Assembly (NCBI GenBank): GCA_964016885.1
Contig: OZ024741.1
Span: 50,096,001-50,160,000, forward strand
DNA: 64,000 bases
Direction of reading: 5' to 3'
Source of the DNA: Eledone cirrhosa
Lineage: Eukaryota
The notes beneath the pieces were generated by a model. The model had not been told where the DNA came from. It ran no database searches and was given only the letters and a program-made list of their open reading frames with translations. The stretch's first letter is position 1, and each line of letters starts with the position of its first letter. Position numbers and translations under genes: made by a program. Shown here one piece after another: positions 62,191 to 64,000 of the stretch.

Positions 62191-62539
62191 TCATCATCAT
62201 TATTTTACGTCCACTTTTCCCTGCTTGCAAGGGTGGGACCGGAACTGATTCTGGCTTGATTTCTACAGCTGGATGCCGTTCCTAACACCAACCTCATTTA
62301 CAGTGAGTGCTGGGTGCTTTTTTTACCGTGGCACCTCCACGACCACTTTGCAGTGGAATGATAGGGACCCCAGTCCCTATCATCTCATGTCTACAGCTGA
62401 GTAAACTGGAGCAATGTGAAATAAAGTGTCTTGCTCAAGGAAACAACACATCAGCCGGTCTGAGAATTGAACTCACAACCTTTCGATTGCAAGGCCAATG
62501 CTCTAACCACTAAGCCATGTGCCTTCACTAAGCCATGTG
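62191..62539 (-). mobile_element. Full-length young tRNA-derived SINE with 9-bp target-site duplication
   Basis: Minus strand carries A-box TGGCTTAGTGG, B-box GAGTTCAATTC, a CORE-like domain and a (GAT)n tail. ATCCTATCA flanks it at 62182-62190 and 62540-62548. Confidence 0.92.
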
Positions 62540-62622
62540 ATCCTATCACTTATCAAATTAACCCCAACACCTTTCAATAGGTGGAAGTTGAGGACAACAG
62601 AAGGGGATTCAATGACGCATAC

Positions 62623-62669
62623 CTCTTCTTTTAGTAATCTATTCTCTTCCAAAACAGCAGCATTTTCAC
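62623..62669 (-). CDS. LRRFIP2: LRRFIP2-like coding exon (xENAAVLEENRLLKEE), 47 nt, phase 1/0; further upstream exons not seen in the window
   Basis: Acceptor TTTTTTATTAATTTCAG ends at 62670 and donor GTATGC starts at 62622. The coiled-coil-like peptide joins the 61156 exon in frame. Homology is weaker than for the other exons. Confidence 0.75.
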
Positions 62670-63339
62670 CTGAAATTAATAAAAAACATCAAGTTGAATT
62701 AATGTCGTAGGTAAAACAACAAACAACAGAAGCAGCAAACAACAACCAAACACAAGCGACTTGAGGTTAGTCAACAGTGCAGATTAACAAAAGCTACGGA
62801 AAACAACAATTATATTGTTAACTCTACCTTCTCCTCACTAGCTCCTTCTCCCAAAACTTGGTTTTCCCATTTTCCTCTGTATCTTATTTTTCCTTTTAAG
62901 CTCTACTTAAACTCTGAATACATTTATAACTTACAGGAAACAAACACCATTTGTGATGTACTTCATAATTTTATATTTGTTTTACTTTCAGTAAACATTC
63001 AACCAGAAAATTATGAGTGAAAAAAAACAAAAATAAAAGTACATTTTATGCAGATGTCAAAACCAATGTGTGTATGTGTGTGTAGTCAAATGTGTTTATT
63101 GGCTTTGAATAAAATTAAAATAGTTTACATACAAGGTGATCGGATCAATATTTCAGAATAAAGATTGAAAGAAACTAATCAGTTAAGAGTAAAGTTTTGT
63201 TGATGATGATGATGTTACTTCAGCCAAGTTACTTAGAACAGCATATCAAAACAGGATCTAACCTGCCAAATCCAGTAATACTTTACTTTCTATAAATAAT
63301 TCTGACGCTAAATCTACTATTGAATGGAGAAGTGAGACA

Positions 63340-63965
63340 ATATTGTTCATAGGCATGCTATACCTCAAGTTGTTTGTTGCAGACATTGTCACACCTGAAG
63401 CTGCTTGTTAAATATGTCACACCTGAAGCTGCTTGTCAAATATATCTCACCTGAAGCCTATTTTTAAATATATCTTACCTGAAGCCAATACTTAAATATA
63501 TCTCACTTGGAGCGAATTATTAATTACATCACACTTGAAAGCCGCTTGTTGAATACATTACATGTAAAGCAGTTTGTTAAGACATGTCACACAGGAAATT
63601 GTTGTTTGTTAAGACATGTCATACTGGAAATTGGTGTTTGTTAAGGCATGTCACATTGGAAATTGTTGTTTGTTGAAAACATATCACATCTGAACTTGTT
63701 TAGATATGTCATGTGGAAGTTGCTTATTAAAACATGTTACATTAAAATTGCTTGTTAAAACATGTCACATAGAAGTTGCTTTCAAGAACATGTCACATAG
63801 AAGTTGCTTTCAAAAACATGTCACATAGAAGTTGCTTTCAAAAACATGTCACATAGAAGTTGCTTTCAAAAACATGTCACATAGTCGTTGCTTTCTAAAA
63901 CATGCTATACCTAAATGTTTTTAGACATGTCACACCTCAAGTTGCTTGTGTCACATGTTACACAC
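63340..63965. repeat. ~28-bp minisatellite (CATGTCACATAGAAGTTGCTTTCAAAAA), ~20 variably diverged copies
   Basis: Near-identical units at 63761, 63789, 63817 and 63845. Diverged CACCTGAAGCTGCTTG variants lie upstream. Confidence 0.9.
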
Positions 63966-64000
63966 AAACTGATTTTTTTTTTTGGTGGTGGTTGTGGTGG

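Noticed and set aside
62455-62528. tRNA gene (A and B boxes on minus strand)
   Set aside because: No complete cloverleaf or acceptor stem; it continues into a SINE body and tail with a TSD.

Overview
AT-rich eukaryotic DNA. The SINE families and intron style suggest an octopus or other coleoid cephalopod (inference). About 41 of the 64 kb are two giant tandem arrays: a 21-bp satellite (1..~14517, running off the window start) and a ~26.5-kb GAGGACT(GT)n(AT)m satellite (~34431..60945). The only well-supported protein-coding sequence is the last five coding exons of an LRRFIP2-like gene on the minus strand (62669-62623, 61156-61048, 34147-34068, 32429-32325, 30399-30298). They splice at GT-AG sites into one open frame, and the large satellite fills about 98% of one 26,900-nt intron. 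A ~96%-identical inverted SINE pair brackets two exons (109+80=189 nt, phase 0 to phase 0, no stop) and that intron, a layout that could favour back-splicing, in-frame skipping or ADAR editing. The middle of the window holds a decayed full-length mariner with TIRs and a TA duplication, a Tc2/pogo-type MITE, RTE, CR1-like and CRE-like retrotransposon fragments, many SINEs, several minisatellites and a tentative plus-strand terminal exon. Nearly all long ORFs in the supplied track are repeat artefacts.
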